Assembly: GCF_001194135.2 (NCBI RefSeq)
Contig: NC_068989.1
Span: 34,177,837 to 34,241,836, forward strand
Source: Octopus bimaculoides
Lineage: Eukaryota
DNA length: 64,000 bases
Direction: 5' to 3'
Positions 62,550 through 64,000 of this stretch are shown here, piece by piece. The translations under genes were made by a program, and so were the position numbers. The first letter of the stretch is position 1, and each line of letters begins with the position of its first letter. The notes below the pieces were generated by a model, which ran no database searches, was not told the DNA's origin, and saw only the letters and a program-made list of their open reading frames with translations.

Positions 62550-63596
62550 GGTGGGTGGGGTGAAAGTTCTGTGTCAGATGTTGAGAGGTTAGAGTGTGAT
62601 GGAAGGACATCCTTAGAATAGAGATACAAAACTACCCTGCATTATATAAGGGTGGGTGGGAGTAGCTGGAAAGAAGACAGAAGTGGTGGTGGGATACTGG
62701 AACCGCTCAAGATAGAGTGGATTGTAGGGGTGGAGCAGAAGTGCATGGAGCAAGTGATGGTGAGAGACAGAGGAGTGGCTCACTGGTGCTATGGTAAGTG
62801 GAGTGTGGTGGTGGATATGAGAAGGATTTGAGAGTGATGGCAAGAGGTGTTAAGAATGGAGTAAAGCAGAGGAGAGCAGAAAGCACAAAAAGATGGTGAT
62901 CAGTGAAAATAATAGGGATTATAATAAGAAATGGAATTGTGACCACAATGGAGGGAATGTAATATATGCCTATTCTGCTCTCAGAGAAATGACAGGTATT
63001 AAGGGATGATATGTAGGGTAAATGCTTGATGGGGCAGAAAAAGAAGAGGTGGGCAGGGTCCTACATGTACAAGCATAACCAAAGTGGTTTTTAGGGTATC
63101 ATTTCTACTGTGCTGGACAGGTTGTCTTGAGCATAGCAAATCACTAAACATCTTGTTTCTTTGTCATCTCCTCCTTATGGATGTTCCACATCTTAAAATC
63201 AACTTTCCCTATTTCATCCCTTATCTTTCTGGGTTTTCCTCTTCTGTAGGTTCCATCCACTTCAAGTGATTGGTACTTCTTTATGCAGCTGTCTTCATCC
63301 ATATGCATCATGTGATCAAACCAGTGCAGGCTTCCCTCTTGCACACTACATCTCATTCCTCTTTCACCTAATTTTTCTTTCAGTACATTAGCACTTTATC
63401 ATATATGCATACTGACATTGCACATGCAACATAACATACTAGTTTCATTCCTCTCTGATCTTTTCATTCACATCCTCTGTATTCAGGGCCCATGTCTCTC
63501 TATCATGTAGCATTGCTGTACATACACAAACATCATGCAATGTGCCTTTCACTCAGGGAGAGACCTTTTGTTGCCCACAGAGGTAATAGCTCTCTG
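62550..63596 (-). mobile_element. decayed RTE LINE ORF end and long UTR
   Basis: WFDHMMHMDEDSCIKK; homology to 57100-58050. Confidence 0.8.
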
Positions 63597-64000
63597 ATTA
63601 AAAATTTATTGTGTATCATGATATCAGGGAAATGAATCATTCATTTTATTTATATCATGATTCATTCATGAGTTGATGGTTAAGCTTTATATTAATTTAT
63701 ACTTGTCACTGTAGCCTTCAGCTAAATGTAAATGCAAAAGGGGTGAGATAATTTATGAATTATTTTCATACTAGCAGGACCTGTGAATATTTCACAGAAT
63801 TAATGGTAAACCTATTGGGTTATTTCTGAAAACGTTATCCAAAAAAACAGATAGCATAGCCTGTGTTGTGTCTGTATCAAAAGTTAGTTGCTCATCTGCT
63901 AACCATTCGAATACGATGATTACTTAATGCACATTATATATACACTTTATATACTTTATACACAATTTTATAGACTTAATACACATCACTCATAAAATAA

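Overview
AT-rich, repeat-dense animal genomic DNA with six N gaps. It is most consistent with an octopus (coleoid cephalopod) C2H2 zinc-finger cluster; the species call is inferred from the ZNF style and repeat families. Three intact single-exon-CDS tandem C2H2 ZNF ORFs are present: 4011-4874 (+, 10 fingers), 20030-20974 (-, 10 fingers) and 53973-55340 (+, 15 fingers). They sit among about 15 RTE-clade LINE pieces, tRNA-derived SINEs, Tc1/mariner, pogo/Tigger and hAT relics, a MITE, a decayed Ty3/Gypsy element, Penelope-like and CRE-like fragments, and a near full-length L1/Tx1-like LINE. Most short ORFs in the track are TE debris or antisense shadows. Signals the ORF track does not show: (1) two complete minimal type I hammerhead ribozyme folds on the minus strand (15672-15727, 59151-59242), a relic split by a MITE, and an inverted half copy next to a gap; (2) the Tx1-like LINE sits about 20-40 nt downstream of the TATA box of an LTR-like promoter repeat whose empty paralogue survives about 2.3 kb away; (3) a C4HC3 PHD-like finger inserted within the RT region of the RTE family; (4) a conserved non-coding cassette with a repeated GAATTTTCCGA motif and a splice donor near the ZNF 5' ends; (5) nested fold-back structures 3' of the third ZNF gene. 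All alignments and folds were done by eye, and TE boundaries are approximate.
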